Shown in pieces: positions 1-10,442 of a stretch of DNA of 64,000 nucleotides. The notes under the pieces were generated by a model, which saw only the letters and a program-made list of their open reading frames with translations, ran no database searches and had not been told where the DNA came from. This DNA is from Patescibacteria group bacterium (lineage in GTDB: Bacteria; Patescibacteriota; Minisyncoccia; Phycocordibacterales; CAIZLB01). The stretch spans positions 79,074 through 143,073 of the forward strand of contig JAZKFG010000002.1 in NCBI GenBank assembly GCA_040386515.1, in the 5' to 3' direction. Every line of letters begins with the position of its first letter. Positions within the stretch are counted from its first letter, which is position 1. A program made the position numbers and the translations under genes.

Positions 1-10
1 TAAAGATTAT

Positions 11-391
11 TTGTTGACAAAGGAATATCATGAGCGATGTAAGCAGGATACTGTGACAGTTCTATATTTCCATAATGTTGATTGTCCAGAATGTAGTAAG
101 CAGTCAATAATACTTGATAAACTTGTTGAGGAATACCCAGAGATTCGAGTGTATTACTTTGACCTAACTACAAATACACCAGCGCTTGATACACTGTCTT
201 CAATTTATAAAATACAACAAGCACCTGCGCTTGTCATAGATGATAAAGCTCATGTTGGATATCAAGATATTGATCAAGTTAAATCTTTTATTCCTGAAAT
301 AAAAGTTTGGGACAAAGAAAAACTTGCATCAAGTACTGCAGCAACAAGCACAGCTACAACATCAACAAAGAAAACAAAGATTAAAAATTAA
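11..391 (+). CDS. Thioredoxin-like protein with a CxxC (CPEC) motif and a low-complexity Ser/Thr/Ala tail. The reading frame is open to the window start, so the 5' end may be truncated or the gene may start at TTG.
   Basis: VLYFHNVDCPECSKQ...APALVIDD matches the thioredoxin-fold active-site layout; no in-frame stop upstream within the window. Confidence 0.45.
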   Translation: MLTKEYHERCKQDTVTVLYFHNVDCPECSKQSIILDKLVEEYPEIRVYYFDLTTNTPALDTLSSIYKIQQAPALVIDDKAHVGYQDIDQVKSFIPEIKVWDKEKLASSTAATSTATTSTKKTKIKN

Positions 392-400
392 TCAAACGCT

Positions 401-1138
401 ATGCATCCAATTACCCAAGCCATTGAACAGTTGACTGATATTTGTGCCAAGTATGGATTTGTACAATATACTGGTCCTGAGATTGAAACAGAATGGCATA
501 ATTTTGACGCACTTCGCGTTGAACCAAACCACCCAGCAAGAGATGCGCAGGATACGTTTTGGCTTGGAGATGAGTACACTGAGTCAGTGGAAGGAGTGGG
601 TACATATAAAATGCTCCCTCGAACGCATACATCAGGTGCGCAAATTCGTCGCATGATCGAAGGTGGAATTGATGCCAACAAAAAACCGCCATTTAAAATC
701 ATCTCTGCTGGGAAAGTTTTTAGAAATGAAGCAACGGACGCAACACATGAGGCAGAATTTTATCAGCTTGAAGGGTTGTGTGTAGGAAAAGATATTTCTA
801 TTGCTGATTTGAAAAATACAATTACTGATATATATAAAGAATTTTTCGGTCCTGAAACGCAGGTGCGATTTCGAGAAAGCTTTTTCCCATTCGTTAAGCC
901 GGGGCTTGAGATAGATATCTTTTGGAAAGATAAATGGCTTGAAGTATCTGGAGGGGGAATGGTACACCCGGAAGTTTTAGAGCATGGATTTTCTTCGCAT
1001 ATGTCAAAAGAGGAAATTGCAGGTTTAACAGGTTTTGCTTTTGGAATGGGAATAGATAGACTAGTTATGCTTAAGTATGGAATCGATGATATTAGAGATA
1101 TGTATTCTGGAGACCTTCGGTTTTCACGATGGTTCTAG
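401..1138 (+). CDS. pheS: Phenylalanine--tRNA ligase alpha subunit (short form lacking the N-terminal coiled coil)
   Basis: Class II aaRS motifs: FRNEATDATHEAEFYQLEG, FFPFVKPGLEIDIFW, GGGMVHPEVL. Confidence 0.85.
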   Translation: MHPITQAIEQLTDICAKYGFVQYTGPEIETEWHNFDALRVEPNHPARDAQDTFWLGDEYTESVEGVGTYKMLPRTHTSGAQIRRMIEGGIDANKKPPFKIISAGKVFRNEATDATHEAEFYQLEGLCVGKDISIADLKNTITDIYKEFFGPETQVRFRESFFPFVKPGLEIDIFWKDKWLEVSGGGMVHPEVLEHGFSSHMSKEEIAGLTGFAFGMGIDRLVMLKYGIDDIRDMYSGDLRFSRWF

Positions 1139-1164
1139 GGTGATATACTTGTAGAAACGTTTCT

Positions 1165-3648
1165 ATGCTCAAAAAAATTACCTTTTTCCTCCCTATAGTG
1201 CTTGCCATTACATTGTGGGGATTTTTTGATGCATACGAGAAAAAGAATTTTGAACCAAATCCAACGTATCCTTGTGTGAGTTATACACCGCATAATATAG
1301 ATCAAAAGGAAAGATATATTGAGTCAGAATTAAGAGCTGATATTTTAAAAATAAAAAGAATTTCTAATTGTATTCGAATATACAGCGTAACTAATGGTTT
1401 AGAAGTGGTACCAAAAATTGCTGAAGAATTAAAAATGGAAGTTATTATCGGTGCCTGGCTTGATAAATTTCCTGAAAAAAACAGAGCAGAATTAATAAAC
1501 GTTATCGCTCTTGCACAAACATACAAGAATATAAGATATGTCGTTGTTGGAAACGAAACAATTTTAATGCATAGAGTGAGACTTGAATATTTGATTGAAG
1601 CTCTTGTTGAAGTAAAAAAACATGTGTCCCAGCCTGTGACAACTGCTGACAATACTTTAAGTTGGGAGAATAATCCTATACTTTTTAAATATGTTGATTT
1701 TGTCGGACTGCATGAATTTCCATATTGGAGAGGGATAACACATACAGAATCTTTGGATGATCTCAAAGAAAAGTTTGAAACAATAATGAAGCTGACCAAT
1801 AAGGAGATAGTATTGCTTGAATTTGGATGGCCAAGCGATGGTATCATGGAACATGGTGCAGTACCTGGTTTAATCCAGCAGAGACAATATTTAAAAAATA
1901 CAATTGATTTCCTTGAATCAAATAATATACATTACAATATTATCGAAGGTATAGACGTGCCATCAAAGCTTAATACAACTGAGGGGCTGACTGGAATACA
2001 TTGGGGCCTTTTAACACAAAATGGGACGAACAAACATATTTTCACAGTATATAGTCTTCTTCAATTTATTCTTTTGTATGTGTTTTTATTTTCTATCATA
2101 TATCTGTATAACAAACCTATCCTTGTGCGCTTTAAGGATAAAATTAAAAGTACAGAATATATATTAATAATAGGTAGCACATGTGTTGCTGTACTTCTTG
2201 TAAAGTTTTACTTATTGTATTTAAGCGTAATGGTTATTTTTCAAATATGTTTTACACTACTTGCGATGTACGGATTTTTTGAATGTTTTCACAAATATAT
2301 ACAATTGCGATATGCAAAGCATGCGTTTATATTTGCTAGTACGTGTCCAATTAACACTACGTATAAGAACAGTTTAGTTTCAGTATTTGTTGCAGGGAAA
2401 AATGAATCCTCAAGCCAAGTAATTAAAACACTTGTAAGTATTTTGCAACAAACGCATGAGTTAATTGAAGTATTGTATATTGATAATAATTCAAAAAATA
2501 AAGATTCATTTAATGAGGTAAGTGAATATTTTTCTAAAAACCTTTTTCCTAAACTAAAGCTTTTCTACGAAGAACGAATTGTCGGCTTCAAGGCAGGTGC
2601 GTTAAATTATCTTTTAGAACAGGCGAATAAAGACTCTCAATTTGTGGCTGTTGTTGATGCCGATTATGTTGTGTATCCTAAGTGGATAGAAACAGCGCTT
2701 AAGTATGCAGATGATCGTACTGGATTTGTGCAGTTTCCTCAAGCATATAGACTATCTGAAGAATCATATAAGAGAAAACAAATTATTGAAATTGGATCTA
2801 CAGTTGAACAGCGATATGTATTTGATATCGTATACCCGATTCGGAGTCTGATAGGAAATGTGGTTCAGAATGGAACAATGGTAATGATTAGTCGCTCATG
2901 TTTAAACAATGGTTGGCCAACATATTCGATCTGCGAGGATGCGGCACTTGGCCTAGAGATGTCTGTCAAAGGTGCTACATCTGTATATGTACCAATTGTA
3001 ATGGGTCTTGGGAGTAATCTGCAAAATTTTACAAATTTGCGAAAGCAGAGAAATAGATGGGTATTTGGAGCAATGCAAATAATTCAAAGAGGCATTTTGC
3101 ATCCAAGGACACTTCTCAATAAAACCTTTTTATTATTCTGCATTGATTGGTTGGGATGGATAATGCATGGATTATATCCAATATTATTAATAAGCTCTTT
3201 GGGGTATGTATGCTTCTTATGGCTTGTGTATCTATATATTGTCGTGAACTGGGTAATGATAGTTGGATTTGTTTTTGTGATTATTTCTCTTGCACTTTTT
3301 ATTTTCACATACTTAAAAACTTATGCAAAAAATAAGCATAAGTTTTTAGAAATATATTCATTGCTTGCTATTGAATTTGGGCTTGTAAATACAATAACAA
3401 AATCAGTTCTTACTGCCTTAATACAATACAAAGCAATGTTTGTAACTACAAGGCAAAATATTGCATTTAAAACTTTTGATGTGTTAAGTATTGCAGTATC
3501 GGCTACTATTGTGTCGTTCGGAATATTTCTATATATTGTTTTAATTTTCCTCGGCATACCTGTTTCGGTAAAACTATTAGGTATTGCTCAACTATCTGTG
3601 GTGTTGTTTCCGCAATTTGCATACCTATGGCTTCGGTTTAAATACTAA
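1165..3648 (+). CDS. Membrane glucan synthase-like fusion: an N-terminal GH17-like glycoside hydrolase domain followed by TM helices and a processive GT2 (cellulose/curdlan synthase-like) domain
   Basis: The GH17 catalytic signatures VVGNET and EFGWPSDG are present. The GT2 part has VDADY (DxD), FVQFPQAY and QRNRW (QxxRW), with a multi-TM C-terminus. Confidence 0.6.
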   Translation: MLKKITFFLPIVLAITLWGFFDAYEKKNFEPNPTYPCVSYTPHNIDQKERYIESELRADILKIKRISNCIRIYSVTNGLEVVPKIAEELKMEVIIGAWLDKFPEKNRAELINVIALAQTYKNIRYVVVGNETILMHRVRLEYLIEALVEVKKHVSQPVTTADNTLSWENNPILFKYVDFVGLHEFPYWRGITHTESLDDLKEKFETIMKLTNKEIVLLEFGWPSDGIMEHGAVPGLIQQRQYLKNTIDFLESNNIHYNIIEGIDVPSKLNTTEGLTGIHWGLLTQNGTNKHIFTVYSLLQFILLYVFLFSIIYLYNKPILVRFKDKIKSTEYILIIGSTCVAVLLVKFYLLYLSVMVIFQICFTLLAMYGFFECFHKYIQLRYAKHAFIFASTCPINTTYKNSLVSVFVAGKNESSSQVIKTLVSILQQTHELIEVLYIDNNSKNKDSFNEVSEYFSKNLFPKLKLFYEERIVGFKAGALNYLLEQANKDSQFVAVVDADYVVYPKWIETALKYADDRTGFVQFPQAYRLSEESYKRKQIIEIGSTVEQRYVFDIVYPIRSLIGNVVQNGTMVMISRSCLNNGWPTYSICEDAALGLEMSVKGATSVYVPIVMGLGSNLQNFTNLRKQRNRWVFGAMQIIQRGILHPRTLLNKTFLLFCIDWLGWIMHGLYPILLISSLGYVCFLWLVYLYIVVNWVMIVGFVFVIISLALFIFTYLKTYAKNKHKFLEIYSLLAIEFGLVNTITKSVLTALIQYKAMFVTTRQNIAFKTFDVLSIAVSATIVSFGIFLYIVLIFLGIPVSVKLLGIAQLSVVLFPQFAYLWLRFKY

Positions 3649-3694
3649 CTGTTTACATATACCGCTCACCATATTTTTATGCTATATATAGCCT

Positions 3695-5734
3695 ATGATA
3701 GTATCCTATAACTGGTTGAAGTCATATATGACAAATCCTGAGGCAATGCCAAGTAAAGAAACGGTTGCCGATCTTTTTACTATGCGAGCTTTTGAGATTG
3801 AAAGTATAGAAGAAAAAAATGGCGATACTCTTTATGATCTTAAGGTTTTGCCAGATAGATCTCCATACGCATATGGTATTCGATATGTTGCACTTGAACT
3901 ATCTCTTTTTGTTCCAGAGCTTAATTTTAACCCATCGTTTTTATCATTTGCAAAAACAAATATTGAGGTTGATTCTGATGCATATGCAGTTTCTTCAAAA
4001 AGAGTACATAATGCTGCCCAAGAATTTTGTCCAGTATATACTTTGACTCTTATTGAAAATATTCACAATAATGCCTCACCGACAAATCATATTGAGGCAC
4101 TTCAGTCACTCAATCAACAGAGTAGGGGAACAATTGTTGATTTAACAAACCTTGTTATGTATGACACAGGGCAGCCTCTTCATGCATTTGACGCAGATAA
4201 GGTTGATGGCGAGATTCGAGTAGAAGTTCTAGATGTTGATACTGAAGTAAAAATACTTGGTGGTAAGAAAGTTGCATTGAAAAAAGGAATGTTAGTTATT
4301 GCTGATGATAAAGATGTTTTGGCTATCGCTGGTGTCAAGGGTTGTGTCAAGGCAGAGGTTACTGCGGAAACAAAAAACATTTATCTGGAGTCTGCTTTGT
4401 TCAACAGGGTAACTGTTCGGAAAACTTCTCGAGCGCTTGATATTATTAATGATTCTTCAAAACGATTTGAGCAAGGTGTGACTCGTGAGCGATCAATACT
4501 CGCAGTGGAGAGATTTAAACAAAAAGTATTGGAACTAATTCCCGAGGCCAATATTCATACAACAGAAACATCTGTTGATGTGCAAAGTATAATTTCGCAA
4601 AAGCACGCTGCTATTGAGGTAGATATTGAACAATGTGTAAAACTTATTGATGCACATGATACATCAATACAAGCAAAACTAATTGCATACATAGAAAACA
4701 CTCTGCCTAAAACTGGAGCTGACGTAGTTAAAAAAAGCGAAGGTAAGTATGTGATTACTGCACCAATGTATAGAACTGATTTGCAGATTGAAGCAGATGT
4801 TGTTGACGAGTTTATTCGTAACATTGGATATGAAGTTATTGTATATAAAAGAACTGATTTAGCATCGAATGTTGAACAGGAGAAAAGATATACGGTTCTT
4901 CACATGGTGAGAAAGTTTATTACAGAAAAAGGTTATACAGAGGTGTTACTTCATACGCTTGTGGATAGTAAAAAAAATGAAAAAGCAGTTCTTCTTGATA
5001 ATGCACTTACGTCAGAACGTGATGCTCTTCGTGCTGAGCTTGCGCCAGAGTTATTGCAGGCGATTGTAAAAAATTATCCTCATTTGGATACAGTTGAGAA
5101 AAAAGCTGTAGAGTTATTTGAAATTGGAATGGTAAACTACGTTGAACAAAAGGAGGGCAAGAAACAAGTGAAGCAAAAGCTACATCTTGCACTCGGAGTA
5201 GGTATGCCAAAATGGCCAAAGAAAACAGATGAGACTTCAACTCCAGCAAATATTTTAAAAGAACTAGCTATCTATCTGCAAATTGATGCAAATGCATTTG
5301 CAGAAGTTGCAGTATTCGAGAATAAAGATAAGAATGCTTTTGTTTCTGAGGCAGATATAACTAATCTAATAGATGATGTTGTATTGCCAAAACATACTGG
5401 AGAACAAAAAGAATACCTGTCACCAAATGCGCGAATCAAAACATTTCCATATAAAAAAGCATCTATATATCCAAGCATGAGTAGAGATATTGCATTCTTT
5501 GTGACGGGGGAGAGTAAAGAACATGTTGATGCAGAAATTCGAACTGTGGCAAAAAAATATGCACTGATTGAAACGGTAACATTGTTTGATGTCTTTACTA
5601 AAGAAGATAAAACTTCATATGGATATAGATTTGTATTTCAATCGTATGAAAAGACTTTAACTGAAGAAGAAGTGAAAACCATTATGGATGAGATTGGAAA
5701 ATTTGTGGATAATAAAGGATGGGTTATTAGATAA
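3695..5734 (+). CDS. pheT: Phenylalanine--tRNA ligase beta subunit
   Basis: MIVSYNWLKSYM N-terminus typical of PheT; B3/4 and B5-like regions and a C-terminal anticodon-binding-like domain. Confidence 0.85.
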   Translation: MIVSYNWLKSYMTNPEAMPSKETVADLFTMRAFEIESIEEKNGDTLYDLKVLPDRSPYAYGIRYVALELSLFVPELNFNPSFLSFAKTNIEVDSDAYAVSSKRVHNAAQEFCPVYTLTLIENIHNNASPTNHIEALQSLNQQSRGTIVDLTNLVMYDTGQPLHAFDADKVDGEIRVEVLDVDTEVKILGGKKVALKKGMLVIADDKDVLAIAGVKGCVKAEVTAETKNIYLESALFNRVTVRKTSRALDIINDSSKRFEQGVTRERSILAVERFKQKVLELIPEANIHTTETSVDVQSIISQKHAAIEVDIEQCVKLIDAHDTSIQAKLIAYIENTLPKTGADVVKKSEGKYVITAPMYRTDLQIEADVVDEFIRNIGYEVIVYKRTDLASNVEQEKRYTVLHMVRKFITEKGYTEVLLHTLVDSKKNEKAVLLDNALTSERDALRAELAPELLQAIVKNYPHLDTVEKKAVELFEIGMVNYVEQKEGKKQVKQKLHLALGVGMPKWPKKTDETSTPANILKELAIYLQIDANAFAEVAVFENKDKNAFVSEADITNLIDDVVLPKHTGEQKEYLSPNARIKTFPYKKASIYPSMSRDIAFFVTGESKEHVDAEIRTVAKKYALIETVTLFDVFTKEDKTSYGYRFVFQSYEKTLTEEEVKTIMDEIGKFVDNKGWVIR

Positions 5735-5765
5735 AGCATATATTAGCTGATACAATATACGCTAT

Positions 5766-5933
5766 ATGTCAAAAATAATGAGTACATTGGTTCTTCTGGT
5801 GGTTGTTGGGTTCACTGCATATTATAGTGGTACAGCAATTAAGGCTAATATGGCAGAGAAAAATCTAGCCAAGCCTGTTATTTTGGAGTCAGACACAGCT
5901 GCCACATCAACAGCCTCTTCTACATTAAATTAG
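5766..5933 (+). CDS. Small hypothetical membrane protein (55 aa), missed by the 60-aa ORF cutoff
   Basis: ATG..TAG open frame with one TM helix (MSKIMSTLVLLVVVGFTAYY) in the pheT-gyrB spacer. Confidence 0.25.
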   Translation: MSKIMSTLVLLVVVGFTAYYSGTAIKANMAEKNLAKPVILESDTAATSTASSTLN

Positions 5934-6005
5934 CTTAAACCATCCCACAAAACCCTCCAAAATCCATAGCACTCGCTATGGATTTTCTGATATACTTACT
6001 TCATT

Positions 6006-8111
6006 ATGGCAGAAAAAAAAGCAGCAAAATCAACGTATGATGCGAGTTCTATTCAGGTCCTAGAGGGTCTAGAACCGGTTAGAAAGCGACCAGGTATGTA
6101 CATTGGTACAACAGGACCAGACGGACTACACCACCTTATAAACGAGATTTTTGACAACTCACGAGATGAAGCCATGGGTGGTTTTGCTGATCGTGTTGAG
6201 GTTGCACTATTGCCAGGAGGTTACATGCGAGTGGTTGATAACGGACGAGGTATTCCAACTGGAATTCACCCAAAGACAAAAGTATCAGCTCTTGAGACCA
6301 CTATGACAGTGCTTCATGCTGGAGGAAAGTTCGGAGGAGAAGGGTATAAAGTATCAGGAGGACTTCATGGTGTAGGAGCATCTGTAGTAAACGCATTGTC
6401 AGTTCACACAATGGTTACAGTGCATCAAGATGGAGGAAAATTTTTCCAAGAATATGAAATAGGAAAGCCTAAAGCATCTGTTAAGAAAATCGGTACATCA
6501 AAAATTCATGGAACAATTACGATGTGGAAAGCGGATGATACTATTTTTAAGGATGGAATCAACTATGACTGGACAAAGATCATGTCTCACTTGCGACAGC
6601 AGGCATATCTTGTAAAAGGCCTAAAGATTCATGTGCTTGATTTGAGAGGATTGGAAATGTCAGACAAAGAAGTTTTGAAAATGACATCGGATGCTGTCTA
6701 TCTATATGATGAAGATTTGATTGCTCCATCAATGAGTTTCTTCTTTGAAGGAGGACTTCGATCGCTTGTTGCATTTTATAATCAGACACAAAAGGCGGTA
6801 CATAAAAATATTTTCTATGTTGAAAAAGATTATATATCAAACGACAAGGGGGCAGAGGGTGTGTCTGTCGCAGTTGAAGTTGCACTTCAGTATGTTGACG
6901 ATATAAGTTCACGACTCGTTCCTTTTGCGAACAATATTTACAACCCAGAACAAGGAACGCATATTACAGGATTCAAGACTGCGCTTACTCGTACGCTCAA
7001 CACATATGCAAAGAAAAATAACATTGTAAAAGATGATGAATCATTTACAGGAGACGATGTGCTTGAAGGTATATGCGCAGTAGTTTCTGTAAAGTTGCAA
7101 GAGATTCAGTTCGAGGGACAGACAAAAGCAAAGCTTGGATCTACAGAGGCACAATCTGCTGTGAGTTCAGTATTTGGCGAAGCTTTCTCTGCGTTTCTAG
7201 AAGAACATCCAGAGGATGCTAAATCTATCATTAACAAGGCTATTCTTGCGGTACGTGCACGTAAGGCTGCAAAAGCTGCTAAGGACTCTATTATGCGAAA
7301 GGGAGCGCTTGAAGGAATGACCCTTCCTGGAAAGCTTGCTGACTGTCAGAGTAGAAAAGCAGAGGAATCAGAGCTGTTTATTGTAGAGGGAGACTCAGCT
7401 GGTGGAACAGCAGTTATGGGGCGAGACAGAAAGACGCAGGCAGTGTTACCGCTTCGAGGTAAGATTTTGAACATCGAACGAGCTCGACTCGATAAGATTC
7501 TCGCTTCAGAGCAGGTGCGAAACCTTGTGATTGCGCTCGGAACTGCTATTGGAGACATATTTGATATTACTAAGCTTCGATACCATAAAATCATTATCGC
7601 AACCGATGCCGATGTTGACGGTGCCCATATTCGAACACTTATTCTGACCTTGTTGTACAGATACTTTAAGCCGCTTATTGAGGGAGGATTCGTATATATT
7701 GCGCAACCGCCGCTCTATAAGATTACGTATAATAAGACATTGAAATACGTATATTCTGATGACGAGAAAGCTTCATATATGAAGGAGCTTGGCTTTGGTG
7801 AGGAAGAAGCGGAAGTTATAAACGAAGATGGAGAAGAAGGCGAGCAACCTGCAGAAGAGGGGGAAGAAGAGGTGGAAAAAAATACGACAAAGAAGCGACC
7901 ATCTATACAGCGATATAAAGGTCTTGGAGAAATGAACGCTGAAGAGCTTGGAGAGACTACAATGGATGTAACAAAGCGAGTGCTCAAGCAAGTGCATATT
8001 CCTGATGCAGTTGAAGCAGACAGAGTGATTGACGTATTGATGGGTACTGACGTTGCGTCACGAAAAAGTTTCATTCAGACAAATGCTCGCACAGCTAGAT
8101 TGGATGTGTAA
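6006..8111 (+). CDS. gyrB: DNA gyrase subunit B
   Basis: GHKL ATPase N-terminus (LEGLEPVRKRPGMYIGTT), TOPRIM (EGDSAGG) and the C-terminal QRYKGLGEM motif. An acidic E-rich insertion sits near the C-terminus. No gyrA is adjacent. Confidence 0.9.
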   Translation: MAEKKAAKSTYDASSIQVLEGLEPVRKRPGMYIGTTGPDGLHHLINEIFDNSRDEAMGGFADRVEVALLPGGYMRVVDNGRGIPTGIHPKTKVSALETTMTVLHAGGKFGGEGYKVSGGLHGVGASVVNALSVHTMVTVHQDGGKFFQEYEIGKPKASVKKIGTSKIHGTITMWKADDTIFKDGINYDWTKIMSHLRQQAYLVKGLKIHVLDLRGLEMSDKEVLKMTSDAVYLYDEDLIAPSMSFFFEGGLRSLVAFYNQTQKAVHKNIFYVEKDYISNDKGAEGVSVAVEVALQYVDDISSRLVPFANNIYNPEQGTHITGFKTALTRTLNTYAKKNNIVKDDESFTGDDVLEGICAVVSVKLQEIQFEGQTKAKLGSTEAQSAVSSVFGEAFSAFLEEHPEDAKSIINKAILAVRARKAAKAAKDSIMRKGALEGMTLPGKLADCQSRKAEESELFIVEGDSAGGTAVMGRDRKTQAVLPLRGKILNIERARLDKILASEQVRNLVIALGTAIGDIFDITKLRYHKIIIATDADVDGAHIRTLILTLLYRYFKPLIEGGFVYIAQPPLYKITYNKTLKYVYSDDEKASYMKELGFGEEEAEVINEDGEEGEQPAEEGEEEVEKNTTKKRPSIQRYKGLGEMNAEELGETTMDVTKRVLKQVHIPDAVEADRVIDVLMGTDVASRKSFIQTNARTARLDV

Positions 8112-8122
8112 TAATATTTAGT

Positions 8123-10441
8123 ATGAGCTTAGGTAAAACTTGCGCAATACTCTTATTATTTTTTTGTGTAATTAGTAATATCCATACGCAGGCTGCAGAA
8201 TTTGTTCCAAAAGACATACGTCTTGTTAATCCTGCAACGAGTTTTAAAGCAGGAAGTGTGCAGGATATTGGCTTAGTGCGATCTGATATTAAAGGGCGAG
8301 CAAATCTTATATTCGATTATGGAGTTGCTCGAGTTATTACTGATGAGACTATTACTTCATATGAAATCATAAGCACAGAAACTTCTGCAAATACAAATCA
8401 GATTAAGTTTCCAGTCACTATTCCAAATACTATTCCTGAATATGCCACATCGACATATGTTATTTTTTTGAAATCTTATGCAATTCATCGGCCCGATACA
8501 CAAAACTTTTTTGTCACTAAGCCTTTTGTTATTGAGAGAAATGATTTGCCGTACATACATATTAAAAATATTAATCTTCTGCAAAGCAATAATACTCGTG
8601 CAGGACTTGAAGATGGTCCAATAATATATAACCCTGATTCAGCAGCATCTGAAGCCCAATCTATTAATACTTCTCTAGAAGTCTCATTTCAATCTGATCA
8701 AGAAACAATTTTAAAACCAGTTATTAAGTTTAACAAATTGAGATCAAATGCAAAGCTAGAAGATTTCACGCCTGCAGAAATAAGTGTAAGAAAGGGAATT
8801 ACAAATGTCACAATTCCTTTACCTGTATTTAATTATGAGCCGGGTGTGTATTTTGGGGAATTATTGTTACATAATAATCTACTGCCTGTAAAAGTTGAAT
8901 TTATATACATTATTGCTGGAGAAACAGCTTCTGTGGGATTAGTTACTGCAAGTCCGGAAGGCTTATTTACATTTAATATTTTTGGAACACCTGCCGATAT
9001 ACATAATACTACTGCCACAACTACGAAAGAGATTAAAACGTTTAAAACCACTTTCATGTTTAGGGGCAAGGAAGTATTTGCTACTACATCTGAAAGTATT
9101 GATTTTAATGCTGGGTCAACAACTATAGCGCTTCCTAAAAATGTTCAGAGTGTAGATTCTGTATGGGTTGAAGTAATTTCAAATACAACAAATAAAGTAT
9201 TATTCGCAGACACAAAGGGTATATCATTTTCTCGAGATACAGAGCCGAATCGATGGTATTTATATTACATATTAATACTTTGTATTATTATCGTCTGTGC
9301 CTTTAAGCAACATAAAACAAAATTTATTATAGCTCTACTATTATTATGTGCTCTCATTATTACTCAGAGAGTATACGGTGATATGTATAAGCCAGACGAG
9401 TTTATGACCACAAATAATGAATTTAGTGATCGTGTTTCTTTATATATAAATCAAAATATACAGCCACTTATTCAAACATGTGGAGAGCCTTTCAGTCTTT
9501 TATATGGTGTGTACTATACTGCTGCAGCAAGTGCATTTAACGGCAATACTGCTGGATTTTCTGTCCTAAGTGCAGGAGATGCAGATGCAAAACGTACTGA
9601 GGCAATAAGCGGAGACAAAATGTATGATATTAATAAAAGTCATGATAAGTGGTATCACATTTCTAACTGGTTTAAATATACAAGTCCAACGGTATTAACA
9701 ACTAATAAAACATTATATATAACCGTTGATTCAAACTCAGGAACTGCACGATATAAAATGCCTATTACTATTGGAGAGTGTTATGCCTGTACAAATGCAA
9801 CCAGTACGTCTAACATCCCTAATTTCCAAAAATTTAATAGAAATTATTATTATTCAACAAGTACGCAACAGCTGTATTATAGAAATATAAGCGATGGAGA
9901 TAGGCCATCAGAATGTAAAATAGATTTATGCACAAACACTGAATTTTCAGAAGAACAATATCCGGAAACACTGACGTGGTCACCACTTCCGGCAACTGGC
10001 TCTACTGATCCAGACAGATATGCATGTGTACCTGCAAAAGTTAATTGTGCCTGTGATAAGCGCAATATGGTATGTAAAAATGATACGACAGGGACAAGTA
10101 CTATTACTGTGAATGATACTGCTTGTAAATTCCAAGCTTTCTGTACTGCAACTGAAAACTCAATCAATGGTGGATGGGTAACCTTCGATGCCTATAATAA
10201 ATTGGGAAAAATCTCGTATAGCCAAAAAGGCAAAGGACTTCCACTTGTAACTGAAACCTCAACCACATCTACAAGTACACCCCAAAATGCCGCATTCGAC
10301 CAAAATGGAGGATACATGATGATTCAAATTCCTGTTGGAGGTAAAATTGTAACCAATACATTAACTGATAGTTTTGACGGATCAGTCTCTACAGCATCAT
10401 GTAAATTGATTGGTAACAGCACTACTACACCAGCACTTTAA
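8123..10441 (+). CDS. Large secreted/surface protein. It has a signal peptide, an internal TM segment followed by a basic patch (resembling a sorting-signal tail), and then a Cys-rich C-terminal domain.
   Basis: N-terminal signal peptide MSLGKTCAILLLFFCVISNIHTQA; mid-protein hydrophobic stretch LYYILILCIIIVCAFKQHKTK; C-terminal domain with multiple Cys. Confidence 0.5.
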   Translation: MSLGKTCAILLLFFCVISNIHTQAAEFVPKDIRLVNPATSFKAGSVQDIGLVRSDIKGRANLIFDYGVARVITDETITSYEIISTETSANTNQIKFPVTIPNTIPEYATSTYVIFLKSYAIHRPDTQNFFVTKPFVIERNDLPYIHIKNINLLQSNNTRAGLEDGPIIYNPDSAASEAQSINTSLEVSFQSDQETILKPVIKFNKLRSNAKLEDFTPAEISVRKGITNVTIPLPVFNYEPGVYFGELLLHNNLLPVKVEFIYIIAGETASVGLVTASPEGLFTFNIFGTPADIHNTTATTTKEIKTFKTTFMFRGKEVFATTSESIDFNAGSTTIALPKNVQSVDSVWVEVISNTTNKVLFADTKGISFSRDTEPNRWYLYYILILCIIIVCAFKQHKTKFIIALLLLCALIITQRVYGDMYKPDEFMTTNNEFSDRVSLYINQNIQPLIQTCGEPFSLLYGVYYTAAASAFNGNTAGFSVLSAGDADAKRTEAISGDKMYDINKSHDKWYHISNWFKYTSPTVLTTNKTLYITVDSNSGTARYKMPITIGECYACTNATSTSNIPNFQKFNRNYYYSTSTQQLYYRNISDGDRPSECKIDLCTNTEFSEEQYPETLTWSPLPATGSTDPDRYACVPAKVNCACDKRNMVCKNDTTGTSTITVNDTACKFQAFCTATENSINGGWVTFDAYNKLGKISYSQKGKGLPLVTETSTTSTSTPQNAAFDQNGGYMMIQIPVGGKIVTNTLTDSFDGSVSTASCKLIGNSTTTPAL

Positions 10442-10442
10442 A

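Noticed and set aside
1302-1854. 181-aa and 65-aa minus-strand ORFs inside the GH17 domain region
   Set aside because: They overlap a region with clear GH17 catalytic motifs on the plus strand; low-complexity Ser/Ile-rich translation.
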